DNA of 51,838 bases from an uncultured Burkholderiales bacterium. Its GTDB lineage: Bacteria > Pseudomonadota > Gammaproteobacteria > Burkholderiales > SHXO01. The notes beneath the pieces were generated by a model that saw only the letters and a program-made list of their open reading frames with translations, made no database searches and was not told the DNA's origin. The position numbers and the translations under genes are program-made. Location: positions 1 to 51,838 of the forward strand of contig CAZNBS010000002.1 in NCBI GenBank assembly GCA_964570955.1. The letters run 5' to 3'. Below, piece after piece: positions 30,110-38,660 of the stretch; the stretch's first letter is position 1; each line of letters opens with the position of its first letter.

Positions 30110-30820
30110 ATGCACACGCGATCGCAAGCCAGGCTCCTATCGAAGATTCGTGCACCGCGCGTACGTTGTGTGCAGCTCGTCTTCGCATGCATCCTTGCAA
30201 CCGGGCTCCTTTCGAGCGCGGGGGCGCAATCGTGCGGCAGCCTTGCCAACGACGATTTCGGTCCGTTCGATTATCGCAAGGCTGCACCGGAAAACCTGCA
30301 GGTGGTCGAGTCGTACCATTTCACGCCTTCTGTCGAAAGCCTCAGCCAGGGGACGACTACCTTCATCGGCGGCGATATTGACTACACGCTGCGCGCTTTT
30401 CCGAATCATCCGCGCGCACTGCTCGCGATGGTTCGCCTCGCTGAACGAGAGAAACGCGACCCGCCGGAAGGTGCGCGCTACACCGTCAAGTGCTGGCTCG
30501 ATCGGGCTGCCCAGTTTGCGCCCGACGACGGCCAGGTGCAAATGGTGTACGGATACTTTCTCGCTCGCGCGAGCCGTCCGGACCAGGCTATCAAGAAACT
30601 GGAGCGGGCATATGAACTCATTGGTGAGAATGCGAACGTGCACTACAACCTCGGACTCGTCTACGCGGATCTCAAGGAGTATGACAAAGCGCTCCACCAT
30701 GCCCACGAGGCGTATCGACTTGGATTCTCGCTGCCCGGCTTGCGGAACCGGCTCGCGCAAGCCGGCAAGTGGCGCGAGCCCAACGTGATCGAGCGGGCTA
30801 CCCCGTCCTCCGCGAAGTAA
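30110..30820 (+). CDS. Secreted TPR-like repeat protein, function unknown
   Basis: 236 aa. GCGGAGG RBS 9 nt before the ATG. Signal peptide VQLVFACILATGLLSSAGAQS. C-terminal TPR-like helices (ANVHYNLGLVYADLKEYDKALHHAHEAYRLG). Confidence 0.7.
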   Translation: MHTRSQARLLSKIRAPRVRCVQLVFACILATGLLSSAGAQSCGSLANDDFGPFDYRKAAPENLQVVESYHFTPSVESLSQGTTTFIGGDIDYTLRAFPNHPRALLAMVRLAEREKRDPPEGARYTVKCWLDRAAQFAPDDGQVQMVYGYFLARASRPDQAIKKLERAYELIGENANVHYNLGLVYADLKEYDKALHHAHEAYRLGFSLPGLRNRLAQAGKWREPNVIERATPSSAK

Positions 30821-30986
30821 GCAGAGGCTCGCCCGGTCCGCCGGCTTGTCTATGGCCCGGACGCGTCGGGCGTCGGATATGTGCCGCAGCGCCGCGTCGC
30901 AATCCGTTCGGGCGCGGGTATGAAATCGGCCTGGATGAACTTGTTCTTGCTTCCGGTTGAGCGGATACCAAGATAGGAGTTGTTGC

Positions 30987-32828
30987 TTGGCGGGAATCGG
31001 TGGTTGGTATGAACTCAGTGTGCCGGACGCGACCTCAACCCGCGCCGCAATGGGACGCCGGCTCGGCGCCCTGGACGGCAGCCAGGCGCGGTCGGTCCAC
31101 GGGCGCGGATTTGGACTCGTCGCGGCTGGCGAGGAACGCGTTGCGGCGCTGGTCGGCGAGAACGATATCGCCGTCGCGATCCACGGCCACCCGCGGTGGG
31201 AGCGCGGTTCCGCGGTTCTATCTTCGATCGAGGAGGTCGCGCGTGCGCTTGCCGGCGCGTACCGCCGACGCGGCCCGGACTGCCTGACGGACCTACGCGG
31301 CGACTTTGCTGTCGCCGTCGTGGACGCGGCCCGCGGCGAGCTGTTGCTCGCCGTCGACCGCATGGCGATCAGGGATCTCCTCTACCAACGGACTGGTGAG
31401 GGCGTGATCTTCGGTGTCACCTACGGTGTAATCGCCGAGCACCCGAGTTCCAGCCGCCGCGTCCACCTGCAAGGGATATACGACTACGCGTTCTTCCACA
31501 TGGTGCCCGGTCCGGCGACGATCTACGCAGGCGTGGAGCGCGTGCCTCCCGGCGGGTACGCGAGATTCGCCAACGGCAAGGTCGAGGCAAATGCATACTG
31601 GCGGATGCAGTTCCTCGAATCCGGTCGCGACGGTTTCGGGACCCTGAGAGATCAGCTCCTCGAGTCGCTGCGCAAAGGCGTACGCGCGGGAGCCGACAAC
31701 GTCGAGTGCGGCGCATTCCTGAGCGGCGGAACCGACAGCTCCACCGTCTCGGGACTGCTGGGCGATATCACTGGCCGGCCGGCACGCACGTTCTCCATTG
31801 GATTCGCCGCGAGCGGCTACGACGAAACCGAATACGCGCGAGTCGCCGTGCGCCACTTCAGGACGGATCACCGCGAATACTACGTGACCCCGGAGGACGT
31901 GGTCGCGACCATCCCCCGAATCGCCGCCGCATACGATCAACCGTTCGGAAACGCTTCCGCAGTTCCAACGTACCACTGCGCGCGGCTTGCCGCGGCCAGT
32001 GGCGTCACTCGCATGCTTGCCGGCGACGGTGGTGACGAGCTCTTCGCGGGCAACGCCCGCTATGCGACGCAGCAACTGCTCGCAATGTACGGCGTCTTGC
32101 CGCGCTTGCTGAGACAGGCAGTAATCGAGCCGCTTGCCTTGAGTTTCCGTGCGGATTCTCTGCCGGCGCCGATGCGAAAGATGCGCAGCTATGTCGAGCA
32201 GGCGGCAAAGCCGCTAGCCGAGCGGTACGAGGCCTACAATCTGCTAGAACGGCTGGGTCCGGAGGAAGTTTTCAGCGCGGAGTTCCTGCGAGAGATCGAT
32301 CGGCGGCGGCCGCTTGCGCGGCTGGAAGAGCCGCTCGGTGTGAGCAATGCGCAAAGCCTCATCAACCGACTTCTCGCCATCGATCTGAAGCTCACGCTTG
32401 CGGACAACGATCTGCGCAAGGTCACGCGCATGTGCGAGCTGGCGGGAGTCGACGTGTTCTTCCCGCTGCTGTACGAGGACGTGGTCGAGCTATCCGCTCG
32501 CGTGCCGCCGCGCCTCAAGCTCAAGGGAACACGATTGCGCCATTTCTTCAAGGAAGCGCTTCGAGGTTTTCTGCCAGACGAGATCATTCGGAAGCAGAAG
32601 CATGGATTCGGACTGCCAATCGGCACGTGGCTCGTAAGTCATCCACCGCTGAGGTCGCTTGCGGGAGACGCGCTGGCGACGCTGCGCAAGCGGCAGCTCG
32701 TGCGGTCCGCGTTCATCGATCGTCTCCTGGACGAGCACCTGGCTGCGCACCCCGCATACTACGGGACCATGGTCTGGCTGCTGATGATGCTGGAGATGTG
32801 GATCCAGGCGCACGAGGTATCGCTGTAG
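30987..32828 (+). CDS. Asparagine-synthase-family protein lacking the N-terminal catalytic Cys (adenylating/amidating enzyme)
   Basis: AGGAG RBS 7 nt upstream of TTG 30987 gives M-AGIGGWY where AsnB has M-CGI. The PP-loop FLSGGTDSSTV is retained. Starting at TTG 30957 would also not place a Cys at position 2. Confidence 0.85.
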   Translation: MAGIGGWYELSVPDATSTRAAMGRRLGALDGSQARSVHGRGFGLVAAGEERVAALVGENDIAVAIHGHPRWERGSAVLSSIEEVARALAGAYRRRGPDCLTDLRGDFAVAVVDAARGELLLAVDRMAIRDLLYQRTGEGVIFGVTYGVIAEHPSSSRRVHLQGIYDYAFFHMVPGPATIYAGVERVPPGGYARFANGKVEANAYWRMQFLESGRDGFGTLRDQLLESLRKGVRAGADNVECGAFLSGGTDSSTVSGLLGDITGRPARTFSIGFAASGYDETEYARVAVRHFRTDHREYYVTPEDVVATIPRIAAAYDQPFGNASAVPTYHCARLAAASGVTRMLAGDGGDELFAGNARYATQQLLAMYGVLPRLLRQAVIEPLALSFRADSLPAPMRKMRSYVEQAAKPLAERYEAYNLLERLGPEEVFSAEFLREIDRRRPLARLEEPLGVSNAQSLINRLLAIDLKLTLADNDLRKVTRMCELAGVDVFFPLLYEDVVELSARVPPRLKLKGTRLRHFFKEALRGFLPDEIIRKQKHGFGLPIGTWLVSHPPLRSLAGDALATLRKRQLVRSAFIDRLLDEHLAAHPAYYGTMVWLLMMLEMWIQAHEVSL

Positions 32829-32916
32829 ACCGCGCATGCTCTGGCTCATTCTGCCGAGCGCCCGGGAGCGCAGGCAACGCTGTCGCGATTCGGATGCTGC
32901 GCAGACCGCGCTCGGG

Positions 32917-34245
32917 ATGCGCGGCCTACGCGCGCGCGAGCCGAGCCGTGACGATGGCGCGCGCCGGCCCACAGCCGTACGATGCCCGCCGGGCAGTGGA
33001 TCGCTATCGATCCGCGCGACCGGAACGGCGCTGATCTCGTTCGCGCTATGCCTGCCGCACGCGTTCGCCCACGTGAAGGCAGCCAATCCCAGCGACTACC
33101 ACGGGATTCTCCGCGACTTGAAGCCCGGGGATCGGATCCTGCTCGCGCCGGGGGTCTACACGGAGGGCCTGACGCTGGACGGACTGCGGGGGACCGCGCG
33201 CTCCCCGATAGTGATCGAAGGGCCGGCAGACGGTTACGCGCGGTTTCCTGCCCGAAGCAACCGCAACGTTGTGAGCCTGCGCTCATCCAGCCACATCGTG
33301 ATTCGGAACCTGTTCATCGACCTCGGCGACACGTCCGCAGACGCCGTGAAGGCGGAGCGCTCACGCATCGAACTGCGACACATTGTCCTCGAGAACCTGA
33401 CCATTATCGGGCGCGGCGCGGATCAGCAAAGTGTCGGCATATCCACCAAAGCGCCGGCCACGTCCTGGCACATTCGCGACAATCTCATAATGGGGGTGGG
33501 GACAGGCGTGTACCTCGGCGATTCGGACGGCGGTGCGCCGTTCGTTGGCGGGATCGTCGAGAGAAACGCCATTCTGAACACGCGTGGCTACTCCCTTCAG
33601 ATCAAGCACCAGGTTTCACGACGAGAATCGAGCGGGACTGCTGCGGGCCGTCGTGAGACGATCATCCGCAGCAACTTCTTTTCCAAGGCGGTCGGGGGCA
33701 GCACTGGGCCGGCTGCGCGCCCGAATGTGCTGATCGGGCATCTGCCGCTATCCGGCAAGGACGCGGACGACCGTTACTTGATCTCTGGGAATGTATTCTT
33801 TGCGAATCCTGGCGAGGCGCTCTTCCAGGGGGAGGGAAACATCACCTTGCGCAGTAACCTGCTCTTGAATCCCGCCGGACCCGGGATAAACGTGCTGCCG
33901 CACAACGCGTTCCCGCGTCAAATCGAGATTCTCGGCAATTTCGTGGTCACCGCGGGCGAGCCGATACGCGTGAAAGGCGTCCATCCCGACTTCACTCCGA
34001 GCGTCACACTCAACCGCATCCACCGAATTCGATCCGTGGAGAGCCGAGATGAGGCAAACGGGGCCTCGGCCGACTGGCTCGCCTTCTTGGCGGCGCTCGC
34101 CGAGACCGGCGGCGCCGGGCGGGTAGCCGAACTGCGCGCCGCGCTGCGGGCGGCGTGCGGCGCCGCCCGCCATGGCCATCTACAACCGCCCAAAGAGGCC
34201 CTGATTCCGGTGGAGCACTTTACCTGTACGGGGGCGAGTCGATGA
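32917..34245 (+). CDS. Secreted right-handed parallel beta-helix repeat protein (possible polysaccharide lyase/hydrolase/epimerase)
   Basis: Repeating segments IVIRNLFIDLG / IVLENLTIIGRG / HIRDNLIMGVGTGVYLG / GIVERNAILNTRGYSLQI / ISGNVFF typical of PbH1 repeats. Hydrophobic leader ALISFALCLPHAFA. The start (ATG 32917 or 32836) is uncertain. Confidence 0.65.
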   Translation: MRGLRAREPSRDDGARRPTAVRCPPGSGSLSIRATGTALISFALCLPHAFAHVKAANPSDYHGILRDLKPGDRILLAPGVYTEGLTLDGLRGTARSPIVIEGPADGYARFPARSNRNVVSLRSSSHIVIRNLFIDLGDTSADAVKAERSRIELRHIVLENLTIIGRGADQQSVGISTKAPATSWHIRDNLIMGVGTGVYLGDSDGGAPFVGGIVERNAILNTRGYSLQIKHQVSRRESSGTAAGRRETIIRSNFFSKAVGGSTGPAARPNVLIGHLPLSGKDADDRYLISGNVFFANPGEALFQGEGNITLRSNLLLNPAGPGINVLPHNAFPRQIEILGNFVVTAGEPIRVKGVHPDFTPSVTLNRIHRIRSVESRDEANGASADWLAFLAALAETGGAGRVAELRAALRAACGAARHGHLQPPKEALIPVEHFTCTGASR

Positions 34246-35255
34246 TGCGATCGGATACCTGCATGGAGCCTGACCGCGCTCGAGAGATCCCGGGCACGGC
34301 AGCGGATGATGCGCCCTTGGCGATCGACGCCTGGCGGGAGGCTCGGTTCGAGCTGGTCTACCGCGCCGGTTCGGTGCGGATCTTCGCGCGTCGCTTCAAG
34401 GTGCTACAACTGCAGGGGCATTATCTGGACATGCCGGCGGATCCTGACCAGTTACGGCCCCCGCTGAGCCGACTCGGCGAGAAGGTCGAGGCCCTGGTCG
34501 CGCGGTCTCAACCCATTCGTGAACCCCTTCCCCGTCTCGCGCTGGTCGACGGCGCGCTACGCTTTGTCGTTGCCCAGTACAGCCGGCATCATGCCGACCT
34601 GACGGGATCGTTTGATGGCTACCTGTCGAAATTTGCCGCGAAAACCCGCAACACCCTCAAGCGCAAGGTGCGCAAGTTTCTCGATCGCGGCAGCGGCAGC
34701 TACATGCGCGAGTACAGGCGACCGGAGGAGTTGGCGGATTTCTACCGGCGTGCGCGGTCGGTCTCGGCGCTCACCTACCAGGAACGCCTGTTGGACGCCG
34801 GCCTTCCGGACGAGCCAGCGTATCTCGACGAGCTTGTCCGGCTCGCGCGAGCCGACGCCGTGCGTGCGTACCTGCTGTTCCAGAACGACGAAGCGATCGC
34901 GTATCTATGCTGCCCAATCGTCAACGGCGTGCTTCTCTACGATTATCTCGGCTACGATCCAAAGCACGCCGATCTCTCGCCGGGTACGGTGCTGCAGTAC
35001 CTCGCGTTCCAATCGTTGTTCGCCGAGGGAAAATTCCGCGCCTTTGACTTTACCGAAGGAGACGGCGCGCACAAGCGACTTTTCGGGACGCACGAGACGC
35101 TCTGCGCGGACATCTGCTTCTTTCCCGCCACGACCGGCGTCCGGTTCTGGCTCGGACTGCACATGGGCCTCGAGCGCCTTTCCGAGAAGGCAGTCGCTAT
35201 CCTTGAGCGGCTGGGTCTCAAGGCGGGCCTGAAGAAGCTCGTGCGTCGAGGCTGA
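34242..35255 (+). CDS. FemAB/BioF2(CelD)-like GNAT-fold protein (short paralogue)
   Basis: ATG 34242 overlaps the upstream TGA (ATGA). KTRNTLKRKVRKF, TYQERLLDAGL, LGYDPKHADLSPGTVLQY, GDGAHKRLFGT match the motif order of the paralogues at 36125 and 37406. Confidence 0.75.
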   Translation: MMRSDTCMEPDRAREIPGTAADDAPLAIDAWREARFELVYRAGSVRIFARRFKVLQLQGHYLDMPADPDQLRPPLSRLGEKVEALVARSQPIREPLPRLALVDGALRFVVAQYSRHHADLTGSFDGYLSKFAAKTRNTLKRKVRKFLDRGSGSYMREYRRPEELADFYRRARSVSALTYQERLLDAGLPDEPAYLDELVRLARADAVRAYLLFQNDEAIAYLCCPIVNGVLLYDYLGYDPKHADLSPGTVLQYLAFQSLFAEGKFRAFDFTEGDGAHKRLFGTHETLCADICFFPATTGVRFWLGLHMGLERLSEKAVAILERLGLKAGLKKLVRRG

Positions 35256-35280
35256 CTGCCGCAAGACGCCGGCGAACGGT

Positions 35281-35295
35281 GCTGCGCGTCGCAGC
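35281..35295. terminator. Short GC hairpin between convergent genes (GCTGCG-CGT-CGCAGC)
   Basis: Perfect 6-bp inverted repeat with a 3-nt loop in the 53-nt gap between the stop at 35255 (+) and the stop at 35309 (-). No U-tract. Confidence 0.2.
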
Positions 35296-35308
35296 CAAGC
35301 GGCGCTGG

Positions 35309-36037
35309 CTATCCGTCGACACCGTCCTCGATTTCTGAGCCGTCGCTGTCGTCATCGCCCTCATCGTCGTAGTCGGAGCCCATCCCCTCCTCGTCGTCGC
35401 CATCGTCGGTCGAGCTGTAGCCCGCGGTGTCCCTGCCTTCGTCATCGTCGCCCGAACTGTGGCCGGCGATATCCTCATCGTCGTCGTCGTCACCAGCCGA
35501 GCCGGGGCCTTCTGTGTCCTCCCGGTCAGTATCGACGAGCGAGCCAAGACCCGAGACACCCTCTTCATCTTCATCGTCGTCCGAGCTCGACCCGGCGATG
35601 TTCTGGGAGGGCGCCCCGGCCGAGTCATCGCTCCGGTCGTCATCGGAGTCGGCGGCCGTCTCGCGGTCGTCGGTGCCGCGTTCCGCGATGCCGTAGTCGC
35701 TATCACTGGTCGCGGCAGCGAGCTGCGCGAACCGCGGCCATGATTCACTCTCCGTCGCCGAGCGAGAAGAGCCCTCCGGGCTGGTCTCGATCTGGAAGAA
35801 AGCCTCGGCCGCACTGGCCGGACCGGCACCAGCGGCAACTATCGCTAGCGCGGCGGCAAGCGGCGCTACTCGTCTCAAGCGCAAACGAAGGGTGCGCAGC
35901 GGGTACGGGCGTTCTTCACCCCTCGGCTGCTTGCTCTTGAGTGCAGCTTGCGCCGCCGCAGCGGTACGTGGCTCCTGAGCGTTCTCCATTGCCATTGGAT
36001 GCATTGCCCTCGATGAGCGGATGTGCGCGTCATTCAT
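35309..36037 (-). CDS. Extremely acidic (Asp/Glu/Ser/Gly-rich) low-complexity secreted protein
   Basis: Signal-peptide-like RLRRVAPLAAALAIVAAGAGPASA-AEA, followed by runs such as SSSDDDEDEEG, SAGDDDDDEDIAGH, GDDDEGRD, DYDDEGDDDSDGSE. Same strand as the flippase/GNAT unit upstream. In-frame TTG codons at 35884 and 35878 would give a classical signal peptide, so the start is uncertain. Confidence 0.55.
   Translation of the reverse strand: MNDAHIRSSRAMHPMAMENAQEPRTAAAAQAALKSKQPRGEERPYPLRTLRLRLRRVAPLAAALAIVAAGAGPASAAEAFFQIETSPEGSSRSATESESWPRFAQLAAATSDSDYGIAERGTDDRETAADSDDDRSDDSAGAPSQNIAGSSSDDDEDEEGVSGLGSLVDTDREDTEGPGSAGDDDDDEDIAGHSSGDDDEGRDTAGYSSTDDGDDEEGMGSDYDDEGDDDSDGSEIEDGVDG
35312..35701. 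repeat. Low-complexity GAC/GAT/GAG-biased triplet-periodic tract
   Basis: Four ORFs over 60 aa are open across it in different frames and strands (35309..36037 -, 35218..35838 -, 35427..35696 +, 35459..35743 +). They translate as poly-D/E, T/R-rich or poly-S. Confidence 0.6.
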
Positions 36038-36124
36038 GCTTGTTCCCCGTGCCGTGCCGCCCCTAGCGGAGAGCCGTCAAGGACCGCGGATCCAGGCGGG
36101 TTGCGTGAAGCAGAGTCCGAGCCG

Positions 36125-37387
36125 TCAATTTCCCCGTCGGATCAGTTTCTTGATGCGATCCTTGAGTCCGTGCTTCGCGAGCCAGTTCCCGAGGCCGCGG
36201 GAAAGAGAGTCCGTCCATCTCAACGAGTTTGCGAGAATCGCGCCGGAAGCAGTCTTCGGAATCAGGTAGTAATGACGCTCCGGGGACTTGATGTTCGACG
36301 TGCGCTCCTTGTAAGAGCCGCCGCCATAGAGATTGTCCATGAGGTCGATCGGATCGCCTCGCTTTTCTATGTCCTTGAGTACCTCAAGAAAGAGCACGAT
36401 CCCGATCTCATGCGTTGCGTAGCGCGGGTCGTATCCAGCCGCGGCCATGAAGAAGCAGCCTTTGAACACGTGGCCGTAGTGGAACGCGGCCGGCGCTTCG
36501 TTGATGTACAGAACGTGTCCGAGAAAGTAACCGCGCGCGGCGCTGGCTCGGATCTCGCGCTCGGCCGCGCCGCCGCTCTCGAGTCCCAGGTCAAGCAGGC
36601 GACTCTGGTAGGTTCTCGCAGACACGGGGATCGCGTCCGCCAAGAACCGGTCAATCTCGGCAGGCGTCTGGAACCGACGGACGCGCGAGCGTGTATCCGG
36701 CAGATCCGCAAACCGCTTGAGAGCCCGCCTCAGCTTGCTTCGCTCGCGCGCGGACAGGCTGCCGAGGTAATCCTCAAAGCGGCCATTCCAGGCGACTCTG
36801 CAACGCAGATACTCAGTGCCATGCGGCACCACGTAGAACCGCTGGCGCAGCAAACTGGTTTCGTCGTCGATCAGCGACTGAAGCTCGGAGTCGCGTGGAA
36901 CTCCGCCGATGAACACGACATTCCGGCGCTTGAGAAGTCCCGCAAGGGCGGCGAGGCACTCGTCGGTGGCCGCGCGCGTCTGCTGGCGGCGGGTCAGCGG
37001 GCCCTCGTCCATCGCGAACCGCTCGACCGCCTTGCTATACACGCTGATTTCGCCGATCCAGAACGAGAGACCGCACTCGTGAACGTGGAAGGGGGCGATC
37101 CCCACAATACCTTCTCCGTCGCGATCGATCAGCGTGACGAGGCGGTGACCCGGCGTCGCGCTCACTACGCCAAGCCAGTCGACGTCATGCGCCATTTTCC
37201 TGACGGGAAGAGCCTGCTCGAGCTCGGCTGCGAGCGCTTGGCGCGCGACCGGATCGGTCGCATCGTAGGCGTGCCAATCGGACACTGACTGTCCAGTGCG
37301 CTCGGGCTGGCAAGCCTCGATCGTCGGTCGCGGCGAAGAAGCGCCGGGGCCGAAAAGAGCGGCTTCATTAGCGGGGCGCGTTGCCAC
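36125..37387 (-). CDS. FemAB/BioF2(CelD)-like GNAT-fold protein (tandem paralogue 1)
   Basis: 420 aa. IVGIAPFHV, FLADAIPVSARTYQSRLLDLGL, GYFLGHVLYINEAPAAFHYG, GYDPRYATHEIGIVLFLEVLKDIEKRGDPIDLMD, KERTSNIKSPERHYYL. Confidence 0.8.
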   Translation of the reverse strand: MATRPANEAALFGPGASSPRPTIEACQPERTGQSVSDWHAYDATDPVARQALAAELEQALPVRKMAHDVDWLGVVSATPGHRLVTLIDRDGEGIVGIAPFHVHECGLSFWIGEISVYSKAVERFAMDEGPLTRRQQTRAATDECLAALAGLLKRRNVVFIGGVPRDSELQSLIDDETSLLRQRFYVVPHGTEYLRCRVAWNGRFEDYLGSLSARERSKLRRALKRFADLPDTRSRVRRFQTPAEIDRFLADAIPVSARTYQSRLLDLGLESGGAAEREIRASAARGYFLGHVLYINEAPAAFHYGHVFKGCFFMAAAGYDPRYATHEIGIVLFLEVLKDIEKRGDPIDLMDNLYGGGSYKERTSNIKSPERHYYLIPKTASGAILANSLRWTDSLSRGLGNWLAKHGLKDRIKKLIRRGN

Positions 37388-37405
37388 GGGGCTGCTCCTC
37401 GGATG

Positions 37406-38659
37406 TCAGATGTGGCCGCGCCCGGTCCAATTCCGGACGAGCGTCTTGGTTCGGTCTGCCAGATTCAGACGTCCGAGAAACCGCGTAATCGAGTCGGACG
37501 CGCGATTCATGGATTTCAGTGAGCTGTAGTAGATGGACCCCACGACGGTCCTTCTGAAAAGATAGTAGTTGCGCTCGGCGCTGACGACGTTCGAGGTCCT
37601 TTCTTTGAGTGCATTGCGCCCGTTCATGTAGTCCATCAAAGCGATCCGATCACCGCACTTCTCGATGTCCTTGAGCATCTCGCAGAAGATCACGACGCCA
37701 ATCTGGCTCTTGCTCCAAACAGGATCGTATCCCCCGTCGATCATGAAAAACGTCGATGCATAATTGAAACCATAGTGAAATGCGACGGCCTTGCCATCGA
37801 CATAGAGATTGTGCCCCAGGAAGTAGCCCTTGCGCGCCGCGGCCTTGAGCTTGATCTCCAGCCGATCGTCGTCGGACAGACCAATCCCGAGCTTCTGCTT
37901 CTGATACGTCAGGTCGGAAATCGGGATTGCGTCCTGAAGGAAAGCGCTCACCTCGTCTTCCGCTTGATAGCGGCGCAATTCGAAGGCATTGCCATGACGC
38001 TGCTCGAACTTCTTGAGCGTGCGGCGAAGATCCTTGCGGCTCGTATGGCCTATCGAGGTCAGGTATCGCTCGAAGGTGCCGTCCCACGCGATCTTGTAGC
38101 GCGGACTGACTGGACCCCAGGGCAGCACATGAAAGAATCGATGCAGCGCACTGCCGCGATCCTCCAAGAGCTCGTAGAGGATAGAGTGCTCAGGCACGCA
38201 CTCGCAGTAGACGGCAGAATCGCCCGGGATCAGCTGGCAGAGCGCTTCGAAACAGTTGACCATCGCGTCACGGCTGTTCGGACGCGCGACGATCGGTTCC
38301 AGTTCCAAGTGGATACAGCGAACGCGCTTGCGAAGGATACGGATCGGTCCGAATCCATACTCGAGGTGCGTCGGGTATACCTGGAACGGGGCGATCCCGA
38401 CTATGCGATCGGCCTCTTCGTCGCTAAGGACCAGAAGCTCCTCTCCCGGCACGTCGCGCTTGAGCGCCGCCCACTCCACGTCATGTTCGATGTAGGCAAT
38501 CGGCAGTCCCGTGCGCGCCCGGTCAGCCAGGGTTCTGGCTTGCTCTGCGTCGGCCGGTGTCCGCATCCGCCAGTCGGGGGTCCGGGCGGTTGGCGCGCCT
38601 GCGGACTCTCCCGGCAACGGATGACGCGTGCCATCGGCTAGCGAACGGTCGAGGGACAT
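37406..38659 (-). CDS. FemAB/BioF2(CelD)-like GNAT-fold protein (tandem paralogue 2)
   Basis: ATG at 38659 lies 1 nt after the flippase stop (38661). IVGIAPFQV, FLQDAIPISDLTYQKQKLGIGL, GYFLGHNLYVDGKAVAFHYG, GYDPVWSKSQIGVVIFCEMLKDIEKCGDRIALMD, KERTSNVVSAERNYYL: colinear with 36125..37387. Confidence 0.8.
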   Translation of the reverse strand: MSLDRSLADGTRHPLPGESAGAPTARTPDWRMRTPADAEQARTLADRARTGLPIAYIEHDVEWAALKRDVPGEELLVLSDEEADRIVGIAPFQVYPTHLEYGFGPIRILRKRVRCIHLELEPIVARPNSRDAMVNCFEALCQLIPGDSAVYCECVPEHSILYELLEDRGSALHRFFHVLPWGPVSPRYKIAWDGTFERYLTSIGHTSRKDLRRTLKKFEQRHGNAFELRRYQAEDEVSAFLQDAIPISDLTYQKQKLGIGLSDDDRLEIKLKAAARKGYFLGHNLYVDGKAVAFHYGFNYASTFFMIDGGYDPVWSKSQIGVVIFCEMLKDIEKCGDRIALMDYMNGRNALKERTSNVVSAERNYYLFRRTVVGSIYYSSLKSMNRASDSITRFLGRLNLADRTKTLVRNWTGRGHI

Positions 38660-38660
38660 A

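Noticed and set aside
35218-35838. Alternative-frame ORFs over the acidic-protein gene (this one, plus 35427..35696 + and 35459..35743 +), encoding Thr/Arg-rich or poly-Ser proteins
   Set aside because: They are by-products of the GAC/GAT triplet periodicity. Only the poly-Asp/Glu frame is preceded by a signal-peptide-like segment and fits the operon strand. The frame choice is still not proven.
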